DNA of 63,912 nucleotides, the filler included, from Octopus bimaculoides (Eukaryota): the NCBI RefSeq assembly GCF_001194135.2. It is 7 parts of 7 records of this genome, joined end to end, with 100 filler letters (N's around TTAATTAATTAA, not from the genome) between each part and the next. Parts side by side here need not be neighbours in the genome. Positions count along the whole stretch, not along the records: positions 62,834 to 63,912 come from NC_068990.1; 6 more parts are not named here. The stretch is one strand, 5' to 3'. The translations under genes and the position numbers were made by a program. Of this stretch, positions 63,086-63,912 are shown piece by piece; the first letter of the stretch is position 1; each line of letters begins with the position of its first letter. The notes below the pieces were generated by a model that saw only the letters and a list, made by a program, of their open reading frames with translations, searched no databases and was not told the DNA's origin.

Positions 63086-63912
63086 AAAAACATGAATATT
63101 CATAAATATATTGTGAAATAGAGTTTGGGTGGGAGAAACCACGCCTATAAATGTTATCACAGATAACAGATACAAAACGAATAAGTTTAGTTCTTTGGCT
63201 TATATTTCCCTTTGATGTAAAGTTGTTAAAATATTTAGAATGATATATACTCAGTGAATATTCCTGGATAAATAATTAGACATAGCTTTAGAATTAACAT
63301 TGAACTTAAACTGAAGAAACGAGGAAATTTTTAATGGCACCGCATTTTGATATGAATAAACAAAATCTTAGCGCGAAAGTTAAAAATAAACTGACGCCAT
63401 TATTTAAGCGAATTTCTCACTATCGGCCTCACTCTCTCAGTCTCTGGCTTTCTCTCTACCTATTGAAGTAAATATATTTGTGCGTCTCTGTTTGTGTGTG
63501 TATATGTGTATGTGTATGTGTGTGTGTGTCTGCGTGTGTTTAACCGAGTTTCTACGAAAATCATTTTGCTAACTGAATCTGATTTAATAGAAGCAAATAA
63601 AGAATAAAAGACGTATGTGTACAACAAATAGTACAAAACACATCAAAATGTTATTATAATCAAGGCAATAACAGTAGCGATGTGTTTGTTAATTGCTTCT
63701 AGAACCCCCAAAAAGAAGAGGTGCGATAAATTACAACGCAATTACATAGTAAAACAAGTATTGTGTTATTTAATTGAATACACAAAAGAAGAAATGTTTA
63801 AAAAATGTATATTATATTGCACGCTCATGGGGCGAAAAGTGGAAACCCAGTATATATGTACATACATACATACATATATACATACATGCATATATATATA
63901 TATATATATATA

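Noticed and set aside
528-63912. Long ORFs in the track (XXX-rich; YIYI/CVCV/HTHT/LSLS)
   Set aside because: They are translations of N gaps and dinucleotide microsatellites with no coding signal.

Overview
Eukaryotic, AT-rich, non-coding DNA dense in microsatellites and transposon relics; roughly 8 kb (~12%) is N. The SINE families and simple-repeat load resemble an octopus (cephalopod) genome; this is recognised from memory, not by database search. Six 44N-TTAATTAATTAA-44N spacers show that at least seven separately assembled pieces were joined. No protein-coding gene, rRNA, true tRNA or CRISPR array can be supported. Nearly all long ORFs supplied are artefacts of N runs or (TA)n/(CA)n/(GA)n tracts. 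Identifiable content: dozens of copies of about four SINE families (called A-D here), degenerate RTE-type LINE fragments, three R4/Dong-type retrotransposon relics, two mariner-derived MITEs, two Helitron-like 3' ends and Penelope-like repeats. The most interesting observations are: (1) a 459-bp structured retro-insertion with a 9-bp TSD at 52088-52546, whose 3' stem-loop shares a compensatory base pair with SINE subfamily A2, making it a candidate partner LINE end; (2) minimal hammerhead-ribozyme-like motifs at 14800, 16614 and 37916, each with a core substitution; (3) a Dong-like element sitting in a (TAA)n/(TGA)n tract; (4) a SINE with twin-priming-like 5' inversion. I found no convincing novel protein-coding system. 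Many repeat boundaries are approximate.
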